A DNA stretch of 64,000 nt from Arenicellales bacterium (GCA_963693025.1 OY843749.1:2957617-3021616), one strand, 5' to 3'. Positions 25,101 through 38,612 are shown, counted from the stretch's first letter. The notes: generated by a model not told the origin, from the letters alone. Made by a program: numbers and translations.

Positions 25101-26126
25101 ATGCCGACCAGCCCGCATAGCCCGAGTCCGCCGAGCCCGCCAAGCCCGGTCACGGCGACGGTCGATTTCGCCGCCGACGGCATTCAACACGGCTACCTCA
25201 AACTGCCGCATTCGGACGACCAGTCCGCCTGGGGCGCGATTATGACGCCGTTGTCGGTCATCAAAAACGGCGAGGGTCCGACCGCGCTGCTGACCGGCGG
25301 CAACCACGGCGACGAATACGAGGGAGCAACCGCGTTGCTTGACTTGGTTAACCGGGTCGATTTGGGCGAAATCAAGGGCCGCATCATCGTCGTGCCGATG
25401 ATGAACTACCCGGCATTCTGCGCCGGCACGCGCACCTCGCCGCTCGACCGGGGCAATATGAACCGCGTGTTTCCCGGTAAGCCGGACGGCGGCGCGACCG
25501 AGAAAATGGCGGACTATTTCCAGCGCGTGCTGCTGCCGGCGGCGGACTATGTGCTCGACATTCACTCGGGCGGCAAGACGCTGCACTTCATCCCATTCGC
25601 CGCCGCCCACGCGCTCGACGATGCCGCGCAGCAGGCTCGATGCGAAGCCGCCATGCTCGCATTCGCGGCGCCGTACAGCGTCCTGCTGAGGGAATTGGAC
25701 GCCACCGGGATGTATGACAGCGCGGCGGAAGCCCTGGGCAAGGTGTTCGTGTCCACCGAGCTCGGCGGCGGCGGCACGAACACCCCGCACACCAATGAAA
25801 TCGCGCGAACCGGCGTTGCCAACTTCCTGATTCACGCCGGCATCCTCGACCGGGCGCCGGTTTCGCGCCGCGGCGTGCGCCTGCACATGCCCGGCGACGA
25901 GTGCTTCGTGACCGCCGAACACGCCGGTTTGCTGGAAATGCTTGCCGACCCCGGCGAGCGCATTGAGGCGGGCGGGGAAATCGCCCGAATCTACGCCATC
26001 GACCGCACCGGCGCGCCGCCGGTGAAGGTTGCCGCCGGTTTGAGCGGCATCCTGCTGGGCCGCCACCATCCGGGGCTCATCCGCCGCGGCGACATGATTG
26101 CCGCGATTGCGCCGGAATCGCCGTGA
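25101..26126 (+). CDS. doeB: succinylglutamate desuccinylase/aspartoacylase-family deacetylase, DoeB-like
   Basis: 341 aa from ATG 25101. GGNHGDEYEG is a zinc-site motif of the AstE/AspA family, and DIHSGG is also present. It lies immediately after the doeA-like gene. Confidence 0.6.
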   Translation: MPTSPHSPSPPSPPSPVTATVDFAADGIQHGYLKLPHSDDQSAWGAIMTPLSVIKNGEGPTALLTGGNHGDEYEGATALLDLVNRVDLGEIKGRIIVVPMMNYPAFCAGTRTSPLDRGNMNRVFPGKPDGGATEKMADYFQRVLLPAADYVLDIHSGGKTLHFIPFAAAHALDDAAQQARCEAAMLAFAAPYSVLLRELDATGMYDSAAEALGKVFVSTELGGGGTNTPHTNEIARTGVANFLIHAGILDRAPVSRRGVRLHMPGDECFVTAEHAGLLEMLADPGERIEAGGEIARIYAIDRTGAPPVKVAAGLSGILLGRHHPGLIRRGDMIAAIAPESP

Positions 26127-26252
26127 ACTTTTTGCTGGCATTGTCCTCAAACTTCTGATATAAGCGGAGCAACACCGACGAACCGCGACAATCGGCGGAC
26201 TCATAAAATGCTGTATAAACGACGAACCACAGACTATAAGAGGGTGATAAAA

Positions 26253-26579
26253 ATGGCTCAACAAAGAGGCACCGCGTTACAAGACCCGTTCCTCAACATC
26301 CTGCGCCGCGAAAAAATCCCAGTGTCGATTTTTCTGGTGAACGGGATAAAACTGCAAGGGCAGATCGAATCATTCGACCAATTCGTTGTGCTGCTGCGCA
26401 ACAGCGTCAACCAGATGATTTACAAACACGCGATTTCGACCATCGTCCCGGCGCGCTCCATCCGCATTCCACACGATGGCGGCAGCGGCGGTGGTAGCAG
26501 CAGTGGCGGCAGTGGCGGCGGCGGCGGTTGGGACTACGGCAACAGTCCACAGAATGCCGACCATCAGCCGTCCTACTGA
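26253..26579 (+). CDS. hfq: RNA chaperone Hfq with Gly/Ser-rich C-terminal tail
   Basis: [58 protein letters not shown] is canonical. The tail reads [21 protein letters not shown]. Confidence 0.95.
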   Translation: MAQQRGTALQDPFLNILRREKIPVSIFLVNGIKLQGQIESFDQFVVLLRNSVNQMIYKHAISTIVPARSIRIPHDGGSGGGSSSGGSGGGGGWDYGNSPQNADHQPSY

Positions 26580-26700
26580 CCGGCATCAACGAGCGGACGT
26601 TTGACCGGCGACCGAGCCAGGTTGCCGGCGGAGGACGGCGTTTCTGTCTGACTCCGCCGCCCGCTCAGGCGCCGCCGTAAAAACCGCGCACGGTTCCTCC

Positions 26701-28005
26701 GTGCGTGGCGAGCATGGCCATATTGAGCGGGCTATTCTGGTGGCGCAGATTGACCGCCCGCTTAACGTTACCGCCGACGCCGCCGCCGCCGGGCAACCGT
26801 TGCGCGAACTCGATGAATTGACGCGCTCCGCCGGCGCCGCGGTCTGCGAGCGGGTTGTGCTGACGCGCGGCAAGCCGGTGGCGGCGACCTTCATCGGCAA
26901 GGGCAGGGCGGAGGAACTCGGGCAGTTGGTGAAGCAACATTGCGCCACGCTGGTCATATTCGACCACCCGGTGTCGCCGATTCAGGAGCGCAACCTTGAG
27001 AAAATTCTGGAATGCCGAGTGCTCGACCGCACCGCGCTCATCCTCGACATTTTCGCCCAGCGCGCGACCACCAGCGAAGGCAAACTGCAGGTTGAACTGG
27101 CGCAACTCAAACACCTGTCCACGCGCTTGGTGCGCGGCTGGTCGCACCTTGAGCGCCAAAAAGGCGGCGTCGGCTTGCGCGGACCGGGCGAAACCCAACT
27201 GGAAACCGACCGCCGCCTAATCGGCGCGCGCATCAAATCCTTGACGCGCGCATTGCAACGGGTGGAGTCACAGCGCGCGTTGCGCCGCCGGGCGAGGCGC
27301 CGCGCCGCGCTGCCGACGGTGTCGCTGGTCGGCTACACCAACGCGGGCAAATCTTCGCTGTTCAACCGCTTGACCGGCGCGCGCGCGCACACCGCCGACC
27401 AATTATTCGCCACGCTCGACCCGACCATGCGGCGGCTGGAAATCCCCGGTTTCGGCGCGGCGGTGCTGTCGGACACGGTCGGCTTCATCCGCGAATTGCC
27501 GCATACGCTGGTCGCCGCCTTCCACTCCACGCTGGAGGAGATGGCGAGCGCGTCCTGCCTGCTGCTGGTGAGCGACTACGCCGACCCGGAATTCGCCGAG
27601 TACCGGCGCGCGGTCGAGCAAGTGCTGGACGAAATCGGCGCCGGCGAGGTGCCGGTCATCCACGTCAACAACAAGGTGGATTTGACCGCCGACCACGCGC
27701 GCGTGCAACGCGGCAAGGACGGCTTGACTGGCACCGTGTGGCTGTCGGCGCACAGCGGCGAGGGAATCGACCTGCTGCAGCGGGCGCTCGGCGAGTTGCT
27801 TGGCCGCCGCCGCCGCGCGACGGTGCTCAGCCTGAAACCGCAAGCCGGGGCATTACGCGCCAAGTTATACCAGCGCTGCGAGGTGCTCGATGAGCAGACC
27901 GACGAGACGGGCTTAATCCGGCTGAAGTTGAAGATGGAAAGCGCCGACCGCGGCTGGCTGAAGGCGCAGAAACAGTTCGCCGGCAGTTGGTCGGAGCGGA
28001 AGTGA
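26701..28005 (+). CDS. hflX: GTPase HflX
   Basis: GKLQVELAQLKHL, the G1 motif GYTNAGKSSLFN, DTVGF and NKVD are present. The GTG start at 26701 is uncertain. Confidence 0.9.
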   Translation: MRGEHGHIERAILVAQIDRPLNVTADAAAAGQPLRELDELTRSAGAAVCERVVLTRGKPVAATFIGKGRAEELGQLVKQHCATLVIFDHPVSPIQERNLEKILECRVLDRTALILDIFAQRATTSEGKLQVELAQLKHLSTRLVRGWSHLERQKGGVGLRGPGETQLETDRRLIGARIKSLTRALQRVESQRALRRRARRRAALPTVSLVGYTNAGKSSLFNRLTGARAHTADQLFATLDPTMRRLEIPGFGAAVLSDTVGFIRELPHTLVAAFHSTLEEMASASCLLLVSDYADPEFAEYRRAVEQVLDEIGAGEVPVIHVNNKVDLTADHARVQRGKDGLTGTVWLSAHSGEGIDLLQRALGELLGRRRRATVLSLKPQAGALRAKLYQRCEVLDEQTDETGLIRLKLKMESADRGWLKAQKQFAGSWSERK

Positions 28006-28167
28006 GCGGTGGGCGGGCGACGGCGGCGCCCGGCGGGCGCCGACTAGCGAGCGCCCCCGATTAGCCCAAATTGCCCCGTCCGGTGTCGCAAATAGAAAGG
28101 TGCGAGAAGTGATATTGCGCCCGATTTCGGTATAATGACCCCCGCACCAACAACAGAGGACTAGAAT

Positions 28168-29829
28168 ATGTCAACCAAAAACCAACTTGAGTGCGCCCGT
28201 AGCGGGATTTGGAGCGGCCTCCACCCCGGCATGAGCATCGCCTCCAAAGGCATGGTGATTGCTTTCGTGGTATTCACCGTGCTGAATGTGGATTTCGCCG
28301 GCGGCATCTACAAAACCATCCGCACCTGGATCGAATCGACGCTGAACTGGTATTACGTCACCGTCGTGTGCGTGATGTTGTTCGCGTGTTTGTATTTGAT
28401 GTTCAGCCGCTTCGGTAGCGTCAGACTCGGCGACGACGATTCCAAACCCGAGTTCAGTTACTTCTCGTGGTTTTCGATGTTGTTCAGCGCCGGCGTCGGC
28501 ATCGGCTTGCTGTTCTGGTCAATCGCCGAGCCGATTTACCACTTCCAAGGCAACCCGTTCATCGACCAAGCCGGCGTCATGCCGCAGTCGGAAGCGGCGG
28601 CGGTGGTGGCGATGCGCGTCACCTATTTCCACTGGGGCTTCCACGGCTGGGCGGTCTACGTGTTGGTCGCGCTGTGCCTCGCCTACTTCGGCTTCCGCAA
28701 AAAACTGCCGCTCACCCTGCGCTCGGCGCTGCACCCGATTATCGGCGACAAAATCTACGGACCCCTCGGCCACGCGGTCGATTTGCTCGCCGTGTTCGGC
28801 ACGGTGTTCGGCGTCGCCACCTCGCTCGGGCTCGGCGTCAGCCAGATGGGCGCCGGACTCAATTACCTGTTCGGCTTGGACAACACCGTGATTACGCAGG
28901 TCGTGCTGATTGCAATCATATCGTTGCTCGCCACCGTGTCGGCGGTGTCCGGGGTCGGCAAGGGCATCCGCATCATCAGCGAGTGGAACATCTGGCTGAG
29001 CGTGATTTTAATCCTCGCCTTCCTGTTTTACGGACCCACCAAATACCTCATCAGTTTCTACCTGACCACCTTCGGCGACTACCTGTGGAACGCGATTCCG
29101 ATGGGCTTCTGGACCGCCGGCGGCGGGCAATACGCCGGCTGGCAGGGCGGCTGGACGATCTTCTACTGGGGCTGGTGGATTTCGTGGGCGCCGTTTGTCG
29201 GCATGTTCATCGCGCGCATCTCGCGCGGGCGCACCATCCGCGAATTCATGTTCGGCGCGATGTTCGTGCCGACCTCCATCGCCTTTCTGTGGCTCGCGAT
29301 TTTCGGCGGCTCGGCGTTGCATCTGGAACTGTTCGGCCTGCAAGGCTCGGTGCTCGGTGGCGACACCTCCTCACCGCTGGCGGCGCTGATTCAACCCGAA
29401 CAAGGCGTCATCGCCGCAGTCAACGAGGACATTTCGCAGGCGCTGTATCGCACCATCGAGTTGATGGGCTTCGGCTGGCTGGAATGGATCGTGGCGGCGC
29501 TGGCAACCTTCCTCATCGCCACCTGGTTCATCACCTCATCCGACTCCGGCACGCTGGTCATCACCACGATGCTCAGCATGGGCGACGAAAACCCGCCGCA
29601 ACGCTTCCGCATCGTATGGGGAGTCGGCGAAGGCGTGGTCGCCGCGGTGCTGCTACTCGCCGGCGGCCTCGGCGCCCTACAAACCGCCGCCATCGCCGCC
29701 GCGCTACCGGTCAGCGTCATCATGCTGCTAATGACCTGGGGCGTAATAAAATCCCTGTCCCAAGACTCCTCCGCCGTCCCCGCCCACTCCGTCCCACCCG
29801 GCGCGGCGCCTGAGACCGAAACCAACTGA
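28168..29829 (+). CDS. BCCT-family (betaine/carnitine/choline/ectoine-type) transporter
   Basis: FSWFSMLFSAGVGIGLLFWSIAEP and WTIFYWGWWISWAPFVGMFIARISRGRTIREF are hallmark BCCT segments. Confidence 0.9.
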   Translation: MSTKNQLECARSGIWSGLHPGMSIASKGMVIAFVVFTVLNVDFAGGIYKTIRTWIESTLNWYYVTVVCVMLFACLYLMFSRFGSVRLGDDDSKPEFSYFSWFSMLFSAGVGIGLLFWSIAEPIYHFQGNPFIDQAGVMPQSEAAAVVAMRVTYFHWGFHGWAVYVLVALCLAYFGFRKKLPLTLRSALHPIIGDKIYGPLGHAVDLLAVFGTVFGVATSLGLGVSQMGAGLNYLFGLDNTVITQVVLIAIISLLATVSAVSGVGKGIRIISEWNIWLSVILILAFLFYGPTKYLISFYLTTFGDYLWNAIPMGFWTAGGGQYAGWQGGWTIFYWGWWISWAPFVGMFIARISRGRTIREFMFGAMFVPTSIAFLWLAIFGGSALHLELFGLQGSVLGGDTSSPLAALIQPEQGVIAAVNEDISQALYRTIELMGFGWLEWIVAALATFLIATWFITSSDSGTLVITTMLSMGDENPPQRFRIVWGVGEGVVAAVLLLAGGLGALQTAAIAAALPVSVIMLLMTWGVIKSLSQDSSAVPAHSVPPGAAPETETN

Positions 29830-29864
29830 CGCAACCCAAAACTCAAAGCGTCACTTAAACCCCC

Positions 29865-29896
29865 GGCGGCTGCCTAACCTCAGCCGCCGTTTTTTT
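29865..29896 (+). terminator. rho-independent terminator
   Basis: GGCGGCTG-cctaacct-CAGCCGCC followed by GTTTTTTT, 36 nt after the BCCT stop. Confidence 0.8.
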
Positions 29897-29904
29897 ATGC
29901 AACT

Positions 29905-30143
29905 CGTCATTCTCGAGCGTTAGTGTCCGTTGCCGCCGCGCTTTTTCTTTTAAGCGGCGGCTTACGGACACTTACGTCCTCGGGAATCTCCCTAAGGTTG
30001 GCACGGGCTTCGGTAAAGTCCACGGTAGCCTTAGGGAGATTCCCGAAGGCGATGAAAAATATGGTCGCCTAACGGCTCCCTATTTTTCTATCGTTCGAGA
30101 ATGACGAGTTGTGGGGGGCTCCCTGTTTTCTGCCGTTCGAGAC
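29905..30143. repeat. MITE-like repeat, copy 4 (core 29905-30106, S to T, plus extra partial T module)
   Basis: The 202-bp core is nearly identical to copy 2. It is followed by GGCTCCCTGTTTTCTGCCGTTCGAGACGA. Confidence 0.9.
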
Positions 30144-30176
30144 GAAATCTGGTAGTTGTTTTTTAAGCGAATCCCA

Positions 30177-33023
<2,847 letters not shown>

Positions 33024-33158
33024 GGATGATTCACGACGGCAAATTGTTCACGACGGGCAACCTGATACTATACGCGCCTTTGCTTTCGCGGAACAAATAA
33101 ATTGCAGGATTGTCGCTTCTCGTCGTCATCGTCGCCGTCATCGCCGTCGCCGCCGCCA

Positions 33159-34361
33159 ATGAGCGCGCCGGAAAAAAAGGCGGTGTCGGCGCTCGCCGGC
33201 ATCTTCGCGTTGCGGATGTTCGGCTTGTTTCTGCTGCTGCCGGTGCTGGCAATCTACGCCGCCCGGCTGCCCGCGAGCACGCCGCTGCTGGTCGGCCTGG
33301 CGCTCGGCGTCTATGGGCTCACCCAGGGGCTGTTCCAAATCGCCTTCGGAATCGCCTCCGACCGCTTTGGCCGCAAGCCGGTGATTACCGCCGGATTGCT
33401 GGTGTTCGCCGCCGGCAGCCTCATTGCGGCGCTGGCGGACAACATCGGCGCGCTCATCATCGGCAGGGCGATTCAAGGCGCCGGGGCGGTCTCGGCGGCG
33501 GCGCTGGCGCTGACCGCCGACCTCACCTCGGAAGCGCAGCGCACCAAAGCGATGGCGGTGATTGGCGTCAGCATCGGCGCCGTCTTCCTGCTCTCGCTGA
33601 TGCTCGCCCCGCCGCTACAAGGCATCATCGGCGTGGCGGGCATTTTCTGGCTGGGCGCGGCGCTGGCGCTGGCGGCGGTCGGGGTGTTGTGGCGCTGGGT
33701 GCCTGAGCCGGACGCCTCGCCGCGGCGCGAACACGCACCGGTGGCGTGGCACTTACGCCGCATCCTCGCCGACGCCCACCTGATGCGCCTCAACGCCGGC
33801 GTATTCTGCCTGCACGCATCGCTGACCGCCGTGTTCGTGGTGCTGCCGGCGCTACTACAAACCCAAAGCGGCATCCCGCTGGCGGGACACTGGCAACTCT
33901 ATGTGCCGGTGCTGCTGCTGTCGGTGGTCGGCATGGTGCCGCTGGTGCTACTCGGCTCGCGCGACACCGGCATCGCCGCGGCATTCGGCGGCGCGGTCGG
34001 GTTGCTACTGCTGGCAAGCGGCGCGCTGGCATGGAGCGCCGGCGGCGGACTAGTGGCATTGCTCGCCGCACTGTGGCTGTTTTTCGTGGCATTCAACGCA
34101 CTCGAAGCGCTGCTACCCTCACTGGTCTCCCGCACCGCCCCCCCCGCCGACAAAGGCGCCGCCATCGGCGTATATACCAGTTTTCAATTCCTCGGCATGT
34201 TCGCCGGCGGCCTAATAGCCGGCTACCTAACCACCCCCTTCGGCGCCACCGGCGTCTTCTACTTCTGCACCGTCGCCGCTGGGTTGTGGTTGGTGAGTAT
34301 TCTGGTCGCGCCGAAAACAAACAAGCCGCCAACTTCGTCATTCCCGAACGGTAGAAAATAG
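33159..34361 (+). CDS. MFS transporter (YajR-like)
   Basis: 400 aa from ATG 33159. It has 12-TM-like hydrophobicity and the MFS motif [11 protein letters not shown]. Its position between uvrA and ssb is as in Pseudomonas. The last 9 codons and the stop come from a repeat end-module. Confidence 0.8.
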   Translation: MSAPEKKAVSALAGIFALRMFGLFLLLPVLAIYAARLPASTPLLVGLALGVYGLTQGLFQIAFGIASDRFGRKPVITAGLLVFAAGSLIAALADNIGALIIGRAIQGAGAVSAAALALTADLTSEAQRTKAMAVIGVSIGAVFLLSLMLAPPLQGIIGVAGIFWLGAALALAAVGVLWRWVPEPDASPRREHAPVAWHLRRILADAHLMRLNAGVFCLHASLTAVFVVLPALLQTQSGIPLAGHWQLYVPVLLLSVVGMVPLVLLGSRDTGIAAAFGGAVGLLLLASGALAWSAGGGLVALLAALWLFFVAFNALEALLPSLVSRTAPPADKGAAIGVYTSFQFLGMFAGGLIAGYLTTPFGATGVFYFCTVAAGLWLVSILVAPKTNKPPTSSFPNGRK

Positions 34362-34362
34362 G
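34336..34362. repeat. solo T-end module of the MITE-like repeat
   Basis: CGTCATTCCCGAACGGTAGAAAATAGG matches the end-modules at 35685 and 15521. Confidence 0.75.
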
Positions 34363-34488
34363 TAGGGGGAATCCCGAAGTAGTAGAATTCCCCCCGGATT
34401 ATTTGCTAAACTAACCCGGCTTATCCAAGCAAAGGAGCGCAGGAAGCCTGTGCTTGACAATCAATCTGAAATCAAAGGAGTTACGACC

Positions 34489-34950
34489 ATGGCACGAGGT
34501 ATCAACAAAGTTATCCTGATTGGAAATCTGGGGCAGGACCCCGAAGTTCGCTATACGCAGGGCGGGTCGGCGGTTGCTAATGTATCGATTGCGACCAGCG
34601 AATCGTGGAAAGACAAGCAGACCGGGGAGCAGCAGGAGCGCACCGAATGGCACCGGGTGGTGTTCTTCGACCGCCGCGCCGAAGTCGTCGGCGAATACCT
34701 GAAAAAAGGCTCGAAGGTTTATATCGAGGGGCGTTTGCAGACGCGCAAGTGGCAGGACAAAGAGGGACACGACCGCTACTCCACCGAAGTGGTCGCCAAC
34801 GATATGCAAATGCTGGACAGCCGCGGCGGCGGCGGCTCGTCCGGAGACTTCAATCAATCCGCACCGCCCTCAGCGCCCGCATCAAAAGGGCAGGGCGGCG
34901 CGCCTGCCAGCCAGCCGGCGGATGATTTTGACGATGACATTCCGTTTTAG
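34489..34950 (+). CDS. ssb: single-stranded DNA-binding protein
   Basis: [23 protein letters not shown]...TEWHRVVFF... and the C-terminal DDFDDDIPF tip. Confidence 0.96.
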   Translation: MARGINKVILIGNLGQDPEVRYTQGGSAVANVSIATSESWKDKQTGEQQERTEWHRVVFFDRRAEVVGEYLKKGSKVYIEGRLQTRKWQDKEGHDRYSTEVVANDMQMLDSRGGGGSSGDFNQSAPPSAPASKGQGGAPASQPADDFDDDIPF

Positions 34951-34995
34951 GGCGGGTTTTCATCGGCGCGGTCGCGCGCTCGTTGTTTGCGCTGA

Positions 34996-35643
34996 GTGAG
35001 TCCGCCTTCGATCCCGCGCGAGCAGTATGCCGCCCGGCTTGCCCGCGCGGACGTGGACGGCGACCCGCTGGTTCAATTCCGCCGCTGGCTTGACGACGCG
35101 CGCGCCGCCGGCATCGCGGAGCCCAATGCGATGTCGCTCGCCACGGTGTCCGCGCCGCCGGACAACGCGCCCTCGCAGCGCAACGTGTTGATGAAGGGGG
35201 TCGATGAAAACGGCTTCGTCTTCTTCACCAATCACGGCAGCCGCAAAGCCGGGCAGATGCGCCACAACAGCGCCGTGTCCGCGCTGTTTCCGTGGTATGC
35301 GCTGCACCGCCAGGTAATCATCGAGGGCAACGTCCGGCGGGTCGGCGAGGACGAGTCGCGAGCATATTTTCACTCACGCCCGCGCGACGCCCAGTTGGGC
35401 GCATGGGCTTCCCGGCAAAGCGAGTCGCTGGCGTCCCGGCGCACGCTGGAGGAGCGCATGGCGCGCATCACCGAGCGCTTCGGCGACGGCGAAGTGCCAC
35501 TACCCGAATTCTGGGGCGGCTACCGCATCATCCCCCACCGCATCGAATTCTGGCAGGGGCAAACTCACCGCTTGCATGACCGCATACTCTATACACGCCG
35601 TGACCAAGTTGCTGGTTGGGAGATTAGTCGGTTGTATCCCTGA
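34996..35643 (+). CDS. pdxH: pyridoxamine 5'-phosphate oxidase
   Basis: FHSRPRDAQLGAWASRQS, PLPEFWGGYRIIPHRIEFWQGQTHRLHDR and a C-terminal RLYP closely parallel E. coli PdxH. Confidence 0.93.
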   Translation: MSPPSIPREQYAARLARADVDGDPLVQFRRWLDDARAAGIAEPNAMSLATVSAPPDNAPSQRNVLMKGVDENGFVFFTNHGSRKAGQMRHNSAVSALFPWYALHRQVIIEGNVRRVGEDESRAYFHSRPRDAQLGAWASRQSESLASRRTLEERMARITERFGDGEVPLPEFWGGYRIIPHRIEFWQGQTHRLHDRILYTRRDQVAGWEISRLYP

Positions 35644-35684
35644 GTGGGCGTGTGGTGAAGGGTCGAAAGCGGCGGTTTAGTACT

Positions 35685-35926
35685 CGTCATTCCCGAACAG
35701 TAGAAAATAGGGAGCCCCCAACCCCGTCATTCTCGAACGATAGAAAAATAGGGAGCCGTTAGGCGACCATATTTTTCATCGCCTTCGGGAATCTCCCTAA
35801 GGCTGCCGTGAATTCCAACAAAGCCCGTGCCAACCTGATGGAGATTCCCGAGGACGCAAGTGTCCGTAAGCCGCCGCTTAAAAGAAAAAGCGCGGCGGCA
35901 ACGGACACTAACGCTCGAGAATGACG
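35685..35926. repeat. MITE-like repeat, copy 5 (extra T module 35685-35718 plus core 35725-35926, T to S)
   Basis: The termini and GCCGCCGC hairpin match the other copies. The right arm of the central hairpin is degenerate (TGATGGAGATTCCC). Confidence 0.9.
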
Positions 35927-36003
35927 GGTAGGGGGGATTTCCTCATCGTATTGCCCACCAACTTGATATACTCCCCTCCACCGGCGAGGACCCCCGGTCA
36001 ACC

Positions 36004-36094
36004 GGAGAGATGTCTGAGTGGTTGAAAGAGCACGCCTGGAAAGTGTGTATACGTTAATAGCGTATCGAGGGTTCGAATCCCTCTCTCTCCGCCA
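36004..36094 (+). tRNA. tRNA-Ser(GGA)
   Basis: GGAGAGATGTCTGAGTGGTTGAAAGAGCACGCCTGGAAAGTGTGTATACGTTAATAGCGTATCGAGGGTTCGAATCCCTCTCTCTCCGCCA. Acceptor stem GGAGAGA/TCTCTCC, anticodon loop CT-GGA-AA, long variable arm, T-loop GGTTCGAATCC, and an encoded CCA. It is near-identical in layout to E. coli tRNA-Ser(GGA). Confidence 0.95.
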
Positions 36095-36296
36095 GTTTAC
36101 AACATCCAATTTTACGCCCGCCAAGCCATAGCGCGTAGCAGAATGAGGGATTGACCAGCGGCTCGCGTGGGTGGAATGACGAGTTGTGGCAGATTTTCCC
36201 CGCCAAATTGCTATACTCCCCCCGGCGCACGATGGTTGCTATAAACCGCAGTCCGCCGATTTATCAACACTAAATTTCCACGCTACGGGGGTTTCC

Positions 36297-37466
36297 ATGA
36301 GTATAAAAAGCAAATTGTATCAATGCCTTGTTTCGGCTTGGGTGGCGGTTGTGGGCTTTGCCGCCGGGGCGGTGTCGGCTGATATGGTGACCGATATTGG
36401 CGCCGGTGAGGGGGTGGTCGATATTGTTGCTTGGCCCGGCTACATTGAGCGCGGCGAGACCGATAAGGCGTTTGACTGGGTGAGCGGGTTTGAGGCGGCC
36501 ACTGGGTGCCGTGTGCGCGTGAAGACCGCCGGCACTTCGGATGAGATGGTCGCGCTGATGAACGAGGGCGGTTTTGATTTGGTGACCGCTTCGGGCGACG
36601 CCAGTTTGCGGTTGATTGCGGGCAAGCGGGTGCAGCCGGTCAATATCGGCTTGATTCCATCCTGGAAAGACATCGACCCGCGCTTGCAGAATGCGCCTTG
36701 GCACACCGTGGACGGCACGCATTACGGCACGCCCTACCAGTGGGGGACGAATGTGCTGATGTATAACTCCGACACCTTCAAGCAGGCGCCGGACAGTTGG
36801 CGCGTGGTGTTTGAGGAAACCACGCTGCCCGACGGCCAGTCCAACAAGGGGCGCATTCAGGCGTTTGACGGGCCGATTTATATCGCCGACGCCGCCTTGT
36901 ATTTGATGGCGACCCAGCCGGGCCTCGGCATCGCGGATCCTTATGAGTTGACCGAGGAACAATATCAGGCTTCGCTCAACCTGCTGCGCCAGCAACGCGC
37001 GATCATCAACCGCTACTGGCACGACCCGTTCATGCAGATGGACGACTTCACCAACGAGGGCGTGGTGGCGTCTTCGTCCTGGCCCTTTCAGGTCAATATC
37101 TTGAAATCGCAGGACGCGCCCATCGCCAGCGTGGTGCCGAAAGAGGGCGCCACCGGCTGGGCCGACACCACCATGATGCACGTCGATGCGCCGCATCCCA
37201 ACTGCGCCTATCGCTGGCTTGAGCATTCGCTCAACCCCAAGTTGCAGGGCGATTTGGCCGCGTGGTTTGGCTCCGTGCCGGTCAACCTGAATGCGTGCAC
37301 GGGCAACCCGTTGCTGGGAGACGGCGGCTGCCAGACCAACGGCCTCGGCAACTTCGACAAGGTGCATTTCTGGCGCACCCCGGTGTCCGCCTGCGCGACC
37401 CAGAGCGCCTGCGTGCCGTACTATCGCTGGGTCACCGACTACATCGCCGTATTGGGCGGCCGCTAA
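36297..37466 (+). CDS. ABC transporter periplasmic substrate-binding protein (PotD/PotF polyamine-type)
   Basis: 389 aa from ATG 36297, with a signal-peptide-like N-terminus. It is followed by PotA/B/C-like genes. Confidence 0.75.
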   Translation: MSIKSKLYQCLVSAWVAVVGFAAGAVSADMVTDIGAGEGVVDIVAWPGYIERGETDKAFDWVSGFEAATGCRVRVKTAGTSDEMVALMNEGGFDLVTASGDASLRLIAGKRVQPVNIGLIPSWKDIDPRLQNAPWHTVDGTHYGTPYQWGTNVLMYNSDTFKQAPDSWRVVFEETTLPDGQSNKGRIQAFDGPIYIADAALYLMATQPGLGIADPYELTEEQYQASLNLLRQQRAIINRYWHDPFMQMDDFTNEGVVASSSWPFQVNILKSQDAPIASVVPKEGATGWADTTMMHVDAPHPNCAYRWLEHSLNPKLQGDLAAWFGSVPVNLNACTGNPLLGDGGCQTNGLGNFDKVHFWRTPVSACATQSACVPYYRWVTDYIAVLGGR

Positions 37467-37544
37467 TACGCCCAACCGAATGGGCCCGCGCGCCCCGCCG
37501 CGCGCGGCTCCGGCATCCCGCCTATCCGCTGCCCGCTGCCTGAT

Positions 37545-38612
37545 GTGAACGCGGTGACCTCAAGGAGTCATGCGGTCGAGTTTGAGCGCGTGACATTGCG
37601 CTTCGGTGACATCGTCGCGGTCGATGAGGTGTCGCTCGCCATTGAACACGGCGAGTTTTTCTCGTTGCTGGGACCTTCCGGCTCGGGCAAGACTTCCTGC
37701 CTGCGCATGATTGCCGGGTTTGAGCGTCCGAGCGCCGGGCGCATCTTTCTGGATGGCGCCGCCACCGAGATGCTGCCGCCTTTCCGCCGGGATGTGAACA
37801 CCGTGTTCCAGGATTACGCGCTGTTCCCCCACATGACGGTGCGGGAAAACGTCGCTTACAGCCTGATGATTCAGCGGGTCGCCAAAGCGGAGCGCAACCG
37901 GCGCGCCGAGCGCATGCTCGAAAAAGTGCGTCTGGACGGCATGGCACAGCGCAAGCCGGCGGAGTTGTCGGGGGGCCAGCGTCAGCGCGTGTCGCTGGCG
38001 CGTGCGTTGATCAACCGGCCGCGCGTGCTGTTGCTGGACGAGCCCCTGGGTGCGCTCGACCTCAAGTTGCGCGAGCAGATGCAGGAAGAGTTGAAGGCGT
38101 TGCAACGCGACCTCGGCATCACCTTCATCCACGTGACCCACGACCAGCAGGAAGCGCTCGCCATGAGCGACCGCGTGGCGGTTTTCAACCACGGTCGTGT
38201 CCGTCAGGTCAGCACGCCCAGAGACATCTACACCTACCCCGCCAACCCCTTCGTCGCCAACTTCGTCGGCGTCTCCAACCTGCTGAGCGCCACCGAAGCG
38301 AAGGCGTTGTTTGGAATAGATTCCGCGCTGGCAATTCGCCCGGAGTGCATCGTGTTGCGGCGAGACGCCGATAGCGATGACGCGGGCGATGGCGATCCCG
38401 ACGCCAAGCGGTTGCGGCTGTCCGCCGTCGTCAAGGATGTGGTGTTTCAGGGGCATAGCCACAAACTCGCGCTCGACTGCGGGCGCGGCGTGACGCTGAC
38501 CGGCGTGCTCGAACACCAACGAGAGAAATCCCTCGGCTTGCCGCGCGTCGGCGAGCGGTTGCGGTTGGACATCGACCGCAACGACATTCAGTTGCTCGGC
38601 GAGGACGCATGA
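37545..38612 (+). CDS. ABC transporter ATP-binding protein (PotA-like)
   Basis: Walker [10 protein letters not shown], the signature [15 protein letters not shown], and Walker [15 protein letters not shown] start. Confidence 0.9.
   Translation: MNAVTSRSHAVEFERVTLRFGDIVAVDEVSLAIEHGEFFSLLGPSGSGKTSCLRMIAGFERPSAGRIFLDGAATEMLPPFRRDVNTVFQDYALFPHMTVRENVAYSLMIQRVAKAERNRRAERMLEKVRLDGMAQRKPAELSGGQRQRVSLARALINRPRVLLLDEPLGALDLKLREQMQEELKALQRDLGITFIHVTHDQQEALAMSDRVAVFNHGRVRQVSTPRDIYTYPANPFVANFVGVSNLLSATEAKALFGIDSALAIRPECIVLRRDADSDDAGDGDPDAKRLRLSAVVKDVVFQGHSHKLALDCGRGVTLTGVLEHQREKSLGLPRVGERLRLDIDRNDIQLLGEDA

Noticed and set aside
28100-28167. Promoter for the BCCT gene (TATAAT at about 28131) and a GGCGCCC-GGC-GGGCGCC hairpin after hflX as a terminator.
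   Set aside because: No acceptable -35 lies at 16-18 bp from the TATAAT. The hairpin has a 3-nt loop and no T tract. The evidence is too weak to annotate.
36004-36296. tRNA-Ser as an integration site for a genomic island.
   Set aside because: Downstream DNA has core-like composition and encodes an ordinary ABC transporter. There is no integrase and no direct repeat of the tRNA 3' end that I could find.
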